From: Marinicella sp.
GTDB taxonomy: Bacteria; Pseudomonadota; Gammaproteobacteria; Xanthomonadales; Marinicellaceae
Length of the DNA stretch: 64,000 bases
Assembly (NCBI GenBank): GCA_965230295.1
Contig: OZ246001.1
Span: 3,136,001 to 3,200,000 of the forward strand
Direction: 5' to 3'
The translations under genes and the position numbers were made by a program. Position 1 is the first letter of the stretch, and every line of letters begins with the position of its first letter. The notes under the pieces were generated by a model. That model did not search any database, was not told where the DNA came from, and was given only the letters and a program-made list of their open reading frames with translations. Below, piece by piece: positions 17,229 through 28,376 of the stretch.

Positions 17229-20200
17229 TTATTCAAATCCATTGCTGAATATTTCATCCTGAAATTGGATGGGGATCGGCACCACCGATGTATTATCATA
17301 CGAGGCATCTGGCTCATTGGAAGTGGCATCGATGACATAACCGGCCTTATCAGGATTGAATCTAATGTCTGGTTGCATGGTGACTGTGATGGTCACTTCC
17401 TCATCCGGTAACAGGGTGCCCAGCTGACAAGTGCTGGTTTGATCGATGGTTGAACAACTGCCTTTGGAAGATGTGATGCCCAGAAATGTGACATCTTCAG
17501 GTAAGGTACCTGTGAAAGTTACATTGGTGGCCGGCAAGCCCACAATCGGATCGGTTGGTGGGTTGTTTTTTACATACAGCGTCACTTGGGTCACCTGTCC
17601 TGGTTCTGGATAATCCACTGGATCGACTTCTTCATCAACCAGGGTGATGTCAATCATTGGAATCACTGTAACCTGGGAACTGGCCACATTTGAACCGGCA
17701 CCTTCCTCATCAAACACTTCAATATTGACTGTCTGAACGCCAGGTGTCATGTAGGTATGGTCACCAAAAATTTGTCCCAAAGTGTTGAAAGTGGTGGTGA
17801 TCACTGGATCATCATCTGGATTATTGGGATCTTGTGGTGGTAATTGATTGGCCGAGTCTACAGTGCCATCACCCCAAGCAATCTGTAAAAAGTGGGCCTG
17901 ACCAGGATCTGGATCAATGAATTCAGCCATCAAAGGCAATGGATAGCCCAAACCTGCTTGAACCCCATCGCCAACAACTTTGTTTTTCAACAATGGCCAC
18001 AAGGCCTTGGGCAGGATTCTAGAGTTGCCATCGGTTATCTGTACCTGTGGTGGATCATTTACTGGAGCCACATCAATGTCGATGGTGCCTGCATTGGAAT
18101 CAAACACACCATCATTGACCTGGTAGCTGAACTGGTCGGCTCCAAAATAATTAGCATCTGGCGTGTAGGTCAGTTTAGCACCACTGCCTGTGAGTGTGCC
18201 ATGGACAGGTGGCTCAAGAATTTGATAGGTCAACACATCCAACCCATTGAAATCAACGCCTAATATGCCATCTGGATCATCGGCACCCAAGGTCAAGGCC
18301 AAGGCATTATCTTCATCGGTGTTCAACGTTGCATCAAAAGCTTCTGGTGGTCTGAAGTTGCGGCTGACGCTGATGGTGGCAGTGCCCACATTGCTGTCTA
18401 TCAGACCATCATTGGCCACGAATGAAAAACTGTCAGTCCCTTGAAAATCATTGTCTGAGGCATAGGTCACCACCACGCTGTTGTCAGTAATTTCTTTGAA
18501 TGGAGCGGTTTCAAAGATGTGCATCAACTCTCGATCATTGTCCAGCACGTAAAATTTACTGGCGTTGACACTGATGTCCAAGGGCATGCCCATATCACCC
18601 AAAATAAAACAACTGCCATCACAGGTCGAGGCGGCTTCACCCGCAAAATCCCCCAAGGCGGTGAAACGCTGAACCCGGCTGTTGTTGTAATCAGTCACAT
18701 ATAAAATGTCATTGGGATCCATGGCAATGCCCAAAGGTGTATCAAACTGACCTTGTCCCGAACCAAAGCTACAAGGGCCAGCAATGAATGGACCACAGTT
18801 GCTGCCATTGGCGATGATCACCTCACAAGGCGTGTCGTCAGAGCAGCTGTAACCAAAGCTGCGACCTTTGGGAACATCGCACCCCGGACCACTGTCACAG
18901 CGGCCCATCCAGCCGATATGATCACCAATGGTTAACGTGACGCCATCGGTGGTGGTGGGTTCAAATTTATGGATGCGGTCCAGCCCCGAGTCCACCACAT
19001 ACAAGGCACCGGTTGAATCCAACTCTATGTAAAAGCCACGGCTGCTGCTGCCAGCCACTGATGGCGCGCCGGATAAAAAGTTCTCATCATTCTTTAAGGT
19101 ATCCAAGAAACCAGGCACAAAATTACCATCGGCCCCATCGAATATATACACCCGACGCTTATCAGTGGCAAAAATCAAACCTGTGGCACTGTCTCGGGTT
19201 GCGCCCAACAGGCGCGGATTGCCAAGGCTGGATGGAATGCTGTCCAGGCGCCAATTATCCACCAAATTCAACTGGTCGTTATACATCGATAAGAACAAAG
19301 CATCTGAAGCAGTACCTGGTGTGACGGCATAAATAAACCCATCGGCATCCAAGGTGATGCGCTTGACTGAACTGTTCATATCTATTTGATCAACCAATTG
19401 ACCATCGGCATTCCACTGTGACAGGCGATCCCGAGTCACTGCTGAGGATCCTCCAGTATCGCAATCCCAGTACTTATCCAACACATAAGACGTGCCATCA
19501 TCAGCCACATGCACAAATTCAGATCGATAAACGAAATCAGTCGGTATGTCTTGTGGCGGATTGGCATCACAAAAGGCATCGTATAAATCGTTGCTGGGGT
19601 TGTTAGAATTATTCAGAATGTCGCCCACCAAGTCACCCGGTCGGACCCGAAAGTCTTCAATGAAATAGGGTACCAATGGCGCCACAAAGAATCCATTGGC
19701 TGGAGGTGAAGTGATGTCGAATTTCAGTGGATCAAAGATGCCAGAAATCAAATCTGAATCACTGCCGATTAAGGTCAGGTCGATGTGCTCTGAGGTCAGG
19801 CCATTGGCACTCAGGCTGTTGACTTGCGGTGCGGTGTTGGTGCCAGGTGTTTTGACTGTGATCCATTGGGTTTTGGTGTCTGAATTACCTGAGCTGTCGG
19901 TGGCAGTCCAGACCACTTCAGTTCGGGTGTCAGGATCAAAGCCACTGCCAATGGTGTTACTCACCACCGGATCAGGGTCTGCCACATCAAACACCACAGC
20001 TGTGCCCACATCAAAATCATCCGTACTGGCGGTCACATTGGACTCAATCACCCGGCTGGGTGGTGCCAATAAAATGGGTGGGCGGGTGTCCTCAACCGTG
20101 ATGTTTTGGGTCACCATGGCAATCCCTGAATTGGAGCCTCCGACCGGGCCGGTATCCAGTGCTGCCCAAGTGATTGTTGTGGTGCCTAACGGTAACAAAA

Positions 20201-21149
20201 ACGGTGCATCATTGCCAACCAAAATGGGTTGGTCACAAGGGTCGCTGGCACTGATGGTGGCTCTGAAATGATCTTTCCAAACGGACCATCGTTCACCACC
20301 AAAGCTGTTGGCTTCCAAGGGGGTCGGGTTGGGTTCAGTGGTGGTGATGACCGGAGGGACCACATCAAATACAGTGAACTCACGGGTTTGGTCATGAGTT
20401 GCAGAATCCACTGGGATGTTGGTGTCAATCTGGCCCGCGGCGATCAAGCCAGCTTCAATCCCTGCATTGATCAAAAACAAGCCGCCGACTTCGGCGGCTC
20501 GAGCTGCGGTGGCTGGATCGGTTTGTACCGAGAAAAACGATTCGAAGTATTTGATTTCATTGGTGATCACAAACAAGGCTATGGGAATGGTCACATCGAT
20601 CAGAGGGTCTATCTGGGTGTTGGCACTCCAATTGATCGGGTGGTTACCTGCAGGAAAGATCACAGTTTTATCTGTAGTAGACCAATCATCCAAATACTCA
20701 TTTTCAACCCGCAACACCACGGCGGCATTGGCATGGCCGACTGTTGGTGGTTGGGGGTCGCTGAAAGCACCCCAGTTCGAAGGTAAGTTCTTGATGTCGG
20801 CAATCCCCAACAGGTTTTCATACTCGGCTTCTTTTTGCGGTAAGGTAAATGAATAATGACAGCCATCAGGGCTGTCTGGTAGTTTGGCATTGGGGTCGCT
20901 AGATACCAGTGTCGGCGGTAAGGTTTTGATGCGCACATCAATCCCAATCGATGCCAAATCGGCTGCCGTGCCCAATGGACCTGGCAGGAATGAGGTGGGT
21001 AACAAAGAAAAATGTGCCGCTGCCCAGGCTTGATATGCATCCTCATAAACCGGGTTGTCAGCTATTTCAGCTTGTGTTGTTTGAGAGCTGCACAGCAAGC
21101 CAGCAATCACTAAACTCAAACAACTTTGTTTCAATGGTATGGTTTTCAT
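17229..21149 (-). CDS. large secreted protein (HYR-like, NHL, tandem Ig-like, PKD-like, DUF11) ending DEIFSNGFE
   Basis: Signal peptide; GQFDTPLGIAMD..LYVTDYNNSRVQRF NHL repeat; YTPDANYFGADQFSYQVNDG Ig repeat; WGDG PKD-like motif. Confidence 0.85.
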   Translation of the reverse strand: MKTIPLKQSCLSLVIAGLLCSSQTTQAEIADNPVYEDAYQAWAAAHFSLLPTSFLPGPLGTAADLASIGIDVRIKTLPPTLVSSDPNAKLPDSPDGCHYSFTLPQKEAEYENLLGIADIKNLPSNWGAFSDPQPPTVGHANAAVVLRVENEYLDDWSTTDKTVIFPAGNHPINWSANTQIDPLIDVTIPIALFVITNEIKYFESFFSVQTDPATAARAAEVGGLFLINAGIEAGLIAAGQIDTNIPVDSATHDQTREFTVFDVVPPVITTTEPNPTPLEANSFGGERWSVWKDHFRATISASDPCDQPILVGNDAPFLLPLGTTTITWAALDTGPVGGSNSGIAMVTQNITVEDTRPPILLAPPSRVIESNVTASTDDFDVGTAVVFDVADPDPVVSNTIGSGFDPDTRTEVVWTATDSSGNSDTKTQWITVKTPGTNTAPQVNSLSANGLTSEHIDLTLIGSDSDLISGIFDPLKFDITSPPANGFFVAPLVPYFIEDFRVRPGDLVGDILNNSNNPSNDLYDAFCDANPPQDIPTDFVYRSEFVHVADDGTSYVLDKYWDCDTGGSSAVTRDRLSQWNADGQLVDQIDMNSSVKRITLDADGFIYAVTPGTASDALFLSMYNDQLNLVDNWRLDSIPSSLGNPRLLGATRDSATGLIFATDKRRVYIFDGADGNFVPGFLDTLKNDENFLSGAPSVAGSSSRGFYIELDSTGALYVVDSGLDRIHKFEPTTTDGVTLTIGDHIGWMGRCDSGPGCDVPKGRSFGYSCSDDTPCEVIIANGSNCGPFIAGPCSFGSGQGQFDTPLGIAMDPNDILYVTDYNNSRVQRFTALGDFAGEAASTCDGSCFILGDMGMPLDISVNASKFYVLDNDRELMHIFETAPFKEITDNSVVVTYASDNDFQGTDSFSFVANDGLIDSNVGTATISVSRNFRPPEAFDATLNTDEDNALALTLGADDPDGILGVDFNGLDVLTYQILEPPVHGTLTGSGAKLTYTPDANYFGADQFSYQVNDGVFDSNAGTIDIDVAPVNDPPQVQITDGNSRILPKALWPLLKNKVVGDGVQAGLGYPLPLMAEFIDPDPGQAHFLQIAWGDGTVDSANQLPPQDPNNPDDDPVITTTFNTLGQIFGDHTYMTPGVQTVNIEVFDEEGAGSNVASSQVTVIPMIDITLVDEEVDPVDYPEPGQVTQVTLYVKNNPPTDPIVGLPATNVTFTGTLPEDVTFLGITSSKGSCSTIDQTSTCQLGTLLPDEEVTITVTMQPDIRFNPDKAGYVIDATSNEPDASYDNTSVVPIPIQFQDEIFSNGFE

Positions 21150-21253
21150 TATGTCTCCTCTTTAACTCTAGGCTTAATGATTAAAGCAAGATCCCTGATA
21201 AAAACCCTCAAAAAACATTTAAAAAAAACAAAAAGTCATGCTAAGTTCTTATC

Positions 21254-21781
21254 ATGACTGACAATCCGGCCCGCAACTCAAATGATTTGGGTGATGAAAT
21301 TTATCGCCAACTCAAGACCTTAGCCAGGCAGTTGATGGCCAAAGAACGGGCTAATCACACCTTGTCTGCCACTGATTTGGTGCATGAGGCATTCATGAAA
21401 TTATCGGTTTCTGACATGTCCTTCAACGACCAAAAACACCACTTTCAGACCTTTGCTCGGCAAATGCGCCGGGTGTTGGTGAATTACTCACACCACAAAA
21501 ACGCCCAGAAGAACAAAGCCGAAGCTGTCCATTTCACCGATTCATTGGGCTTGGCGGGCGATGGTTTCACTGATTTCAACCAAATCAACAACGCCATTGA
21601 TCGCCTGGAACAGATGGACCAGCGCAGTGCCCAATGTGTAGAATTGATCTATTTCACCAACTTAAACCAGGCCCAAGCGGCCAAATACATGGGCATCTCA
21701 CTGGCCACTTTGGAACGCGACTTAAAGTTTGGCCGGGTCATCATTCACGAATACATCGATCAACAAAACAGCACACCATGA
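21254..21781 (+). CDS. ECF sigma factor, kinase-associated (TIGR02999-like) type
   Basis: HTLSATDLVHEAFMKL, QMRRVLV and ISLATLERDL motifs. Confidence 0.9.
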   Translation: MTDNPARNSNDLGDEIYRQLKTLARQLMAKERANHTLSATDLVHEAFMKLSVSDMSFNDQKHHFQTFARQMRRVLVNYSHHKNAQKNKAEAVHFTDSLGLAGDGFTDFNQINNAIDRLEQMDQRSAQCVELIYFTNLNQAQAAKYMGISLATLERDLKFGRVIIHEYIDQQNSTP

Positions 21782-24447
21782 ACGCATCATTCGGATCACA
21801 GGTCAAAGCCCTGTTCAACCAATGCAGTCAGCTCCCTACAGCTGACCAACAAGCCCACGTAGACAGCAGTGATTACCCTGATGCAGTGAAACAACAAGTA
21901 TCACGGATGTTGAATTACTCGGGTGATATCGATGATCAAATGGCCAAGATCATCGCAGACACCGCTCAACAAAGTCTGAATGTCACCGCCATCCAGACAG
22001 GGCAAAAAATTGACCAATACCGCTTGGTCAAAACCATCGGCGAAGGCGGGCAGGGGGAAGTGTGGTTAGCCGAACGTGATGATGGCGAGTTCAACCATCA
22101 GGTGGCAATCAAGTTTCTCAAAATTACCGCCAACCAATACGAACTGGCACGTTTTCAGACCGAACGAGAATTGTTGGCTTCTTTGCAGCACCCCAACATC
22201 GCCAGCCTGATTGGTGGGGGACAGTATAAGGACCGTTTGTACATGATCATGGAGTGGATCGATGGTATCCCATTGTTAGCATACGTGCGGCAGAGATCCT
22301 TGAAACTGAATGGTCTGTTGACCAGTTTTCTGCAAATCTGTGAGGCTGTCAGTCACGCCCATGCCAAAGGCATCATCCACCGCGACATCAAACCATCCAA
22401 CATCCTGGTCACCGCATCGGGGGTGGTTAAATTACTGGATTTTGGCATCGCTAAAGTCATTGATACCGAAAACACCCAAACCCAAAGTGCAGCGATGATG
22501 ACCCTGGCCTATTCCAGCCCTGAACAAATTCAGGGCCAGCCAGTCACCACAGCCACCGATGTGTATGCCTTGGGATTGTTGTTGTATGAATTGTTGTGTG
22601 CCACCAAAGCCCAAGACAACACCACCGAATCACCGGCTGAATTGTTGCAATTGATCACCGATATCACCCCGGAAAAGCCCAGCATCATGGCTGCCAAGAA
22701 CCCAAGTCGCATCCCTGCCCGGATCTTACAAGGTGATTTGGATAACCTGGTGATGATGGCGATCCGCAAAGAGCCGGAACGCCGGTACAACACGGTAGAT
22801 GCCCTGGTCAATGACATTGAGAACTACCGCGCATCCAGACCACTGTTGGCCAGTGGGGACTCATTGTATTACCGCACCACCAAGCTGCTGAAACGAAACC
22901 CCTTGGCCTCGGTGCTGGCCACTTTGGTCTTGGCCTTTTTAATCACCTTACCCATCTTGATGTATCAAAACGGCCTCAAGCTCAAGCAAGAACGTGACAT
23001 CGCCCAAGAACAAACCCTGGTGGCCAACAAAACCACCGAATTCCTCACCACTTTATTTGAGTCAGTCTCGCCACTCGGACATGGTGGACAACCCGTCACG
23101 TTAGACAGCGTCTTGGCCCAAGGCGAACGACAATTGGCCGCTGATTTGACCCAACAACCCAAAGTCCTGGCTTCATTATCAATGGTAATAGCCAGTATCC
23201 ACCACCACATGAACAACACCCCCAAGGCCATTGATTACTACATCAAAGCGGCAGACTTATTGAACCAAACCGATGATGTTACCGGTGAACTGGTGGCCCG
23301 AGGCCAGTTGGCATTGATGTACTTCCGCAATGATGATCTGCCCAACACCGACGCCCAACTGGCTTTGGCCGATCAATTGGCGGCCCAAGTCGAGAACACC
23401 AAACAGCAAGCCTGGCACCAGTTGCGCAAAGCCACCGTTGCCAATGACCGGGGGCAGAATGAAGCCGCTGCCGAGTTGGCCCAGGCAGCCTTGGCGCTGA
23501 CCGAAGCGACCGACCAAAGCGATGTGGCCTTGATGGGGCGTATCTACAGTGAGTGGGGTGAAGCCACCAAACACACTGACAAGGAATTGTCTTTGGAATT
23601 GAATGGGTATTCCTTGGATTATGCCGAACAAGAAGTCGGTAAGATCCATCCTTTTTATTTGGGACGGCTCAGCAGTCGTGGGTTGCGTTTGATGCGCTTG
23701 AACCGGCATGAAGAGGCGGTGGCCATCATCGATGAAACCATCAGCATCGCTGGCCAATTGTATGACCAAAACAACCCCAAATACGCTGGATTCTTGTCAT
23801 CTAAACTGACGTATTTACATGACAAGGGTTATTTTGATGAAGCAGAAAGGTTGTATTTACAGGTGACCGACATCATGCGGAATGCTTATGGTGAAGAGCA
23901 TTTTGAGTATGCCCGGGTGATCAACAACCTGGCTTACCTGTATGAAGACAAGGGTGAGTTGGAAAAAGCCGAGCCCTTGTACCGACGTTCGGTTGAACTC
24001 AGAACCCTGCTGGACCCGGACAATGCCATCCGCATTGCCACGTCCAAATCGAATTTGGCCCGGGTGTTGTCAAAAACCCATCAACACGCAGAGTCGGAAG
24101 AATTGGTCAGTCAGGTGGTACCGGTGTTTTTGGCCAATAAACGCAACAACCTGTACAACGAAATCATCATCATGGCCAACCAATTTGGCGATGGCAGTGA
24201 TCTTGCAGCCTGTGAAGCTGGTTTGCAGCGGTTGACTGAATTGAAACCGTTGATAGAACAAGAATCACCCAATGGCTGGCGCCGCTTGGGTGCGGAATTG
24301 TGGATTGGACAGGTTTTGCAGAAATGCAATTTCAGCAACGAAGCAGGCCGGTGGCTGAACTCGGCACTGGCCATGTCGGAGAACATTTATAAAGCCGATT
24401 CTCAAGGGCGTGAGTTAATCGTAAACTTGTTGTCATCAGCTGAGTGA
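21778..24447 (+). CDS. membrane Ser/Thr protein kinase with periplasmic TPR repeats
   Basis: GEGGQGEVW, VAIK, HRDIKPSN, DFG, YSSPEQ, DVYALG; TM segment; TPR NNLAYLYEDKG; ATGA overlap with the ECF stop puts the start at 21778. Confidence 0.95.
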   Translation: MNASFGSQVKALFNQCSQLPTADQQAHVDSSDYPDAVKQQVSRMLNYSGDIDDQMAKIIADTAQQSLNVTAIQTGQKIDQYRLVKTIGEGGQGEVWLAERDDGEFNHQVAIKFLKITANQYELARFQTERELLASLQHPNIASLIGGGQYKDRLYMIMEWIDGIPLLAYVRQRSLKLNGLLTSFLQICEAVSHAHAKGIIHRDIKPSNILVTASGVVKLLDFGIAKVIDTENTQTQSAAMMTLAYSSPEQIQGQPVTTATDVYALGLLLYELLCATKAQDNTTESPAELLQLITDITPEKPSIMAAKNPSRIPARILQGDLDNLVMMAIRKEPERRYNTVDALVNDIENYRASRPLLASGDSLYYRTTKLLKRNPLASVLATLVLAFLITLPILMYQNGLKLKQERDIAQEQTLVANKTTEFLTTLFESVSPLGHGGQPVTLDSVLAQGERQLAADLTQQPKVLASLSMVIASIHHHMNNTPKAIDYYIKAADLLNQTDDVTGELVARGQLALMYFRNDDLPNTDAQLALADQLAAQVENTKQQAWHQLRKATVANDRGQNEAAAELAQAALALTEATDQSDVALMGRIYSEWGEATKHTDKELSLELNGYSLDYAEQEVGKIHPFYLGRLSSRGLRLMRLNRHEEAVAIIDETISIAGQLYDQNNPKYAGFLSSKLTYLHDKGYFDEAERLYLQVTDIMRNAYGEEHFEYARVINNLAYLYEDKGELEKAEPLYRRSVELRTLLDPDNAIRIATSKSNLARVLSKTHQHAESEELVSQVVPVFLANKRNNLYNEIIIMANQFGDGSDLAACEAGLQRLTELKPLIEQESPNGWRRLGAELWIGQVLQKCNFSNEAGRWLNSALAMSENIYKADSQGRELIVNLLSSAE

Positions 24448-24481
24448 AGCACCTGTCCAGTTAATGCAGCACCAAAGTTAA

Positions 24482-24733
24482 TTAATGTTTTGGGTTCATT
24501 GAATTCCTGACTTCAATCAAATGTTTTTGCGCACTTTTTAACTGCTCCATCAAAAACTTATGCAATTTCAAGTCAGGTTTTTTCTCGTGAGAAATGCGCA
24601 CGATTTCGTCTTTTAACTGTTGTATCTTGTCTAGAATTTCTATGTCTGGCCGTTGTAAAAAGTGATCCGTCTGGATGTTCAAAGATTTGATGTTTTTGGT
24701 TTTGTTGCTGTTTGTATCTTTCATGGTTCTCAT
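24482..24733 (-). CDS. small hypothetical helical protein
   Basis: 83-aa ORF in an otherwise empty gap; no motif recognised. Confidence 0.45.
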   Translation of the reverse strand: MRTMKDTNSNKTKNIKSLNIQTDHFLQRPDIEILDKIQQLKDEIVRISHEKKPDLKLHKFLMEQLKSAQKHLIEVRNSMNPKH

Positions 24734-24902
24734 TTGATATTTTCGTTTTATTTGAGGATGTGGATATGATACGAATTCAATGATCTTTTGAATGCAGTAA
24801 ATCTCTGATTGGCTTGTAAGAAAACATCGACATCATGTAATCAGCATGACCGGTTCGCGCCCAGAACTGGTTATGGTCTTCAACAAAACTTCGTGATTAA
24901 CT

Positions 24903-25125
24903 GTGGAAAGCTGTTGAGCAGCTTGACCCGCCGAACCGGTTGGTGAGCAAAGCGAATCAGAGGTGAAGAGCGCGAGGTAGCAAGTCATGTTCGCAGGTTA
25001 GGCAATGAATTCGTTACGGTTTTGCCAAAGGCAAAGAAGTAACGAGTGAATGCCGTAAACCGTGGTCGTTTTCACTTTTGTTTGGAACAAAAGTGAATGA
25101 AGCCTCAAGAACATTCCTTGTTGAT
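24903..25125 (+). repeat. modular structured repeat, left copy
   Basis: Five collinear blocks shared with the reverse complement of 28861-29287. Confidence 0.85.
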
Positions 25126-25282
25126 ATTGAGATTTTTTTACATGAAGGAATCCGTGTTCGACCGTTCAGCACCAAAAATCTACCGCACGTCCGAGATTCG
25201 AATTGAATGTGAATCCAGTCACATTTTTGTGCCAATATAAAAATAAGATATCGCAACAACAACAATAAAAATTGGGGTAAAC

Positions 25283-26965
25283 ATGAAGAATATCAGGAAA
25301 TTAATGCTGGCTGTTTTTTCGGTCAGTTGGGGAGGGATTGCGTTGGCCTATTGTCCATCCGATTCGATTTATCAGTCAAATTATGAATCGTTGTTTCCAC
25401 CAGCGCCATCCTCACCAGTAGTCAGTGCAGAAGATGCTGCCAGATTTTTAACCCAAACGACCTTTGGTCCTAAACTTTCTGAAATCAGACGGTTACAAGG
25501 CATGGGCTATGAAAACTGGATTGATGAACAAATGGCCTTGCCAACCACATTACAAGAACCCTGTATGCAAGCCGTGTTAGATGACCCGGATTTGCCTTTG
25601 TATCAAAATTCCAGACAAGAAGCCTGGTTCTTGAACTCAGCTGAGGGTGCTGATCAACTCCGACAACGCATGGCATTTACCTTGTCGCAGTTATTTGTGG
25701 TTTCTGACGCAGCCAGTTTGAACAATGAAGTGATGGGCTTGGCCAAATACTATGACATGTTGGGCAACAGTGCTTTCGGTAATTTTCGAGACATTTTGGA
25801 AGATGTCACACTCAACACCATGATGGGTTTTTATTTAGGGATGTTCAGAAACGCCAAAGCCGATCCTGTGGCTGGTACCCAGCCTGATGAAAATTATGCC
25901 CGCGAAGTGCTGCAGTTGTTCACCATCGGCTTACACCAACTGAACATGGATGGTACAGAAGTACTGGACATTGACGACAACCCAATTCCCACCTATGACC
26001 AGACTGTGATCGAAAATTTTGCCCGTGTTTTTACCGGTTGGAACTTTGCCGGCTGTCCTGAAAACAACTGGCAATGGTGTCACCCGGGACAACCTGAGGT
26101 TGATGGTTATGCCCCCATGGAACCTATTGAAGCGTACCACGACACCGATGAGAAAACGTTGCTTAATGGACAGGTCTTACCTGCCAATCAAACCGCCCAG
26201 CAAGATCTCACAGCAGCCCTGGACAACATTTTTAACCACCCCAATGTTCCACCATTTATCAGCAAACAATTGATCCAGCGATTTGTCACCAGTAACCCAT
26301 CACCAGCTTATGTAGAGCGAGTGGCCAATGTCTTCGCTAACAATGGCAGTGGTGTCAGAGGCGATCTGAACGCAGTCATCCGAGCCATTTTATTGGATGA
26401 TGAGGCACGCAATAACAGCTTCATCACGGTTGATTCTTATGGCAAACTCAAAGAGCCTTTGATTCGTTATTTCAATTTAATCAGGGCCTTCGAATCGAGA
26501 AGCCGAACCGGTCGTTATGGCAATTGGAATCCGGAATTTGCGTATTTACAGCGGGCATTGGGTTCACCTTCGGTGTTTAACTTTTATAAACCCAGTTTTC
26601 AACTACCAGGGCCGATCAGAGACCAGGGGCTGGTATCTCCCGAGTTTCAAATCACCAGTGAAACCACAGTGATAACGGTAGGCAATGAAATGAATGATGC
26701 AACCATCCGTGGTCATCATGAATATGATCACTGGAATGAGAGTAAGCCTTTATTGCAGTTACAAAGAGAACTGCAGTTGTTCAATGACATCAATGCCATG
26801 ATGGACCATTTGGATTTGTTGTTATTTGCTGGGCAAATGTCAGCACACACCAGGTCGACTGCAATCGCGATGTGGAACAATTTAGATGACAATGATGATG
26901 TTGACCGGGTCGCATCATTGATTTATTTATTGGTGATGTCGCCAGAATTCGTTGTACAGCGTTGA
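25283..26965 (+). CDS. DUF1800-family protein
   Basis: AARFLTQTTFG, DQLRQRMAF.LSQLFVVS, PDENYAREVLQLFTIGL and GKLKEP motifs. Confidence 0.93.
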   Translation: MKNIRKLMLAVFSVSWGGIALAYCPSDSIYQSNYESLFPPAPSSPVVSAEDAARFLTQTTFGPKLSEIRRLQGMGYENWIDEQMALPTTLQEPCMQAVLDDPDLPLYQNSRQEAWFLNSAEGADQLRQRMAFTLSQLFVVSDAASLNNEVMGLAKYYDMLGNSAFGNFRDILEDVTLNTMMGFYLGMFRNAKADPVAGTQPDENYAREVLQLFTIGLHQLNMDGTEVLDIDDNPIPTYDQTVIENFARVFTGWNFAGCPENNWQWCHPGQPEVDGYAPMEPIEAYHDTDEKTLLNGQVLPANQTAQQDLTAALDNIFNHPNVPPFISKQLIQRFVTSNPSPAYVERVANVFANNGSGVRGDLNAVIRAILLDDEARNNSFITVDSYGKLKEPLIRYFNLIRAFESRSRTGRYGNWNPEFAYLQRALGSPSVFNFYKPSFQLPGPIRDQGLVSPEFQITSETTVITVGNEMNDATIRGHHEYDHWNESKPLLQLQRELQLFNDINAMMDHLDLLLFAGQMSAHTRSTAIAMWNNLDDNDDVDRVASLIYLLVMSPEFVVQR

Positions 26966-26978
26966 TAAGGGAGGAATT

Positions 26979-28364
26979 ATGAACAGAAGAAAATTTTTAA
27001 ATCGATCCATTTACAGTACATTGCTGGCAGGGGGTATGTGTTCAGCTGGTGGGATGTTACAACTGGCGAAAGCGGCCTCACTACAAAACAGCGCCATCAG
27101 AGGGACTGGGTACAAAGCCCTGGTCTGTGTGTTCATGGATGGTGGTAATGACAGCACCAACATGGTGGTACCCATGGGGGCCTCAGAACATGCAGCGTAT
27201 GCACAAGTCAGGGGGGATTTGGCCTTAGACAGCAGTGATTTATTGCCCATTTCACCCGCCAATAATGGCGGAAGATCATGGGGCTTACATCCTGATTTGC
27301 CAGGTATTCAAAGCCTGTTCAATCAGAACCGTGCTGCTTTGGTGACGAACATTGGTTCTTTGGCTTATCCGATTACCCAGGCAGAGTATAACAACGGCTC
27401 AGTACCGATTCCACCCAACCTGTTTTCTCATTCAGATCAGCAGATTCAGTGGCAGACCTCAGTGGCTGATCAGGCATCGATTTCCGGGTGGACAGGACGG
27501 GTTGCTGATTTGTTACATAACTCGGTGAATAACAACAACAGTTTGTCGATGAACATTTCATTGGCAGGTAACAACACCATGCAGGTTGGAGAAACAATTA
27601 ATCAATACCACCTGACCAACCAGGGCAGTGTCAGTTTGAATGATGTGGGATGTTGTGATGGAACAGAGCGATTGGCTGCTTTACAGACGCTGCTCGAACA
27701 ACCTCAATCCAACCTGTTCCAACAAGGCTATGCCGACATATTCAACCGCTCGATCGAATTAGATCAGGTCATTTCAGCAGCGTTGGCCGGAGCCGTTCCA
27801 TTGAATACCACGTTTCCCGAACAAGATGGCTGGAATACATTGTCAGAACAACTGGAAATGGTGGCACGCATGATCAGTGTGCAAAGTGTGGTCGGTATGA
27901 ATCGTCAAGTGTTTTTCGTCAAAGTAGGAGGCTTCGATAACCATGACAACCACCTCAATGACCATGCCATTGGTATGCAAAACATTGATGGTGCCATCAC
28001 GGCTTTCCAAAATGCCATGATTGAGTTGAATATGGAAGATCAGGTCACATTGTTCACTGCATCAGACTTTTCGCGAACCTGGATATCAAACGGTCAAGGT
28101 TCAGACCATGGCTGGGGTGCCAGTCACTTTGTCATCGGGGGTCAAGTCAATGGAGGGGATTTCTATGGCGACATGCCAATGGTTGAACCAGGCAGCATAG
28201 ACACCATCAGTGACCATGGCCGGGTCATTCCAACCATCGCTGTAGACGAATACGCCGCCACTTTGTCTCAGTGGCTTGGCGTGGGCAGTGGCTCATTAAG
28301 TGACATCTTCCCTAATATTGGGCGCTTCAACACCACTGACCTGGGTTTTATGGACTTGACATAA
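26979..28364 (+). CDS. DUF1501-family protein, Tat-exported
   Basis: MNRRKFL Tat signal after a GGAGG RBS; YKALVCVFMDGGND, LFSHSDQQ, SDFSRT and GSDHGWG motifs. Confidence 0.93.
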   Translation: MNRRKFLNRSIYSTLLAGGMCSAGGMLQLAKAASLQNSAIRGTGYKALVCVFMDGGNDSTNMVVPMGASEHAAYAQVRGDLALDSSDLLPISPANNGGRSWGLHPDLPGIQSLFNQNRAALVTNIGSLAYPITQAEYNNGSVPIPPNLFSHSDQQIQWQTSVADQASISGWTGRVADLLHNSVNNNNSLSMNISLAGNNTMQVGETINQYHLTNQGSVSLNDVGCCDGTERLAALQTLLEQPQSNLFQQGYADIFNRSIELDQVISAALAGAVPLNTTFPEQDGWNTLSEQLEMVARMISVQSVVGMNRQVFFVKVGGFDNHDNHLNDHAIGMQNIDGAITAFQNAMIELNMEDQVTLFTASDFSRTWISNGQGSDHGWGASHFVIGGQVNGGDFYGDMPMVEPGSIDTISDHGRVIPTIAVDEYAATLSQWLGVGSGSLSDIFPNIGRFNTTDLGFMDLT

Positions 28365-28376
28365 AGTGAGCCTGGT

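Noticed and set aside
21634-21777. N-terminal extension of the kinase
   Set aside because: Overlaps the ECF gene; the ATGA coupling at 21778 is the more likely start.
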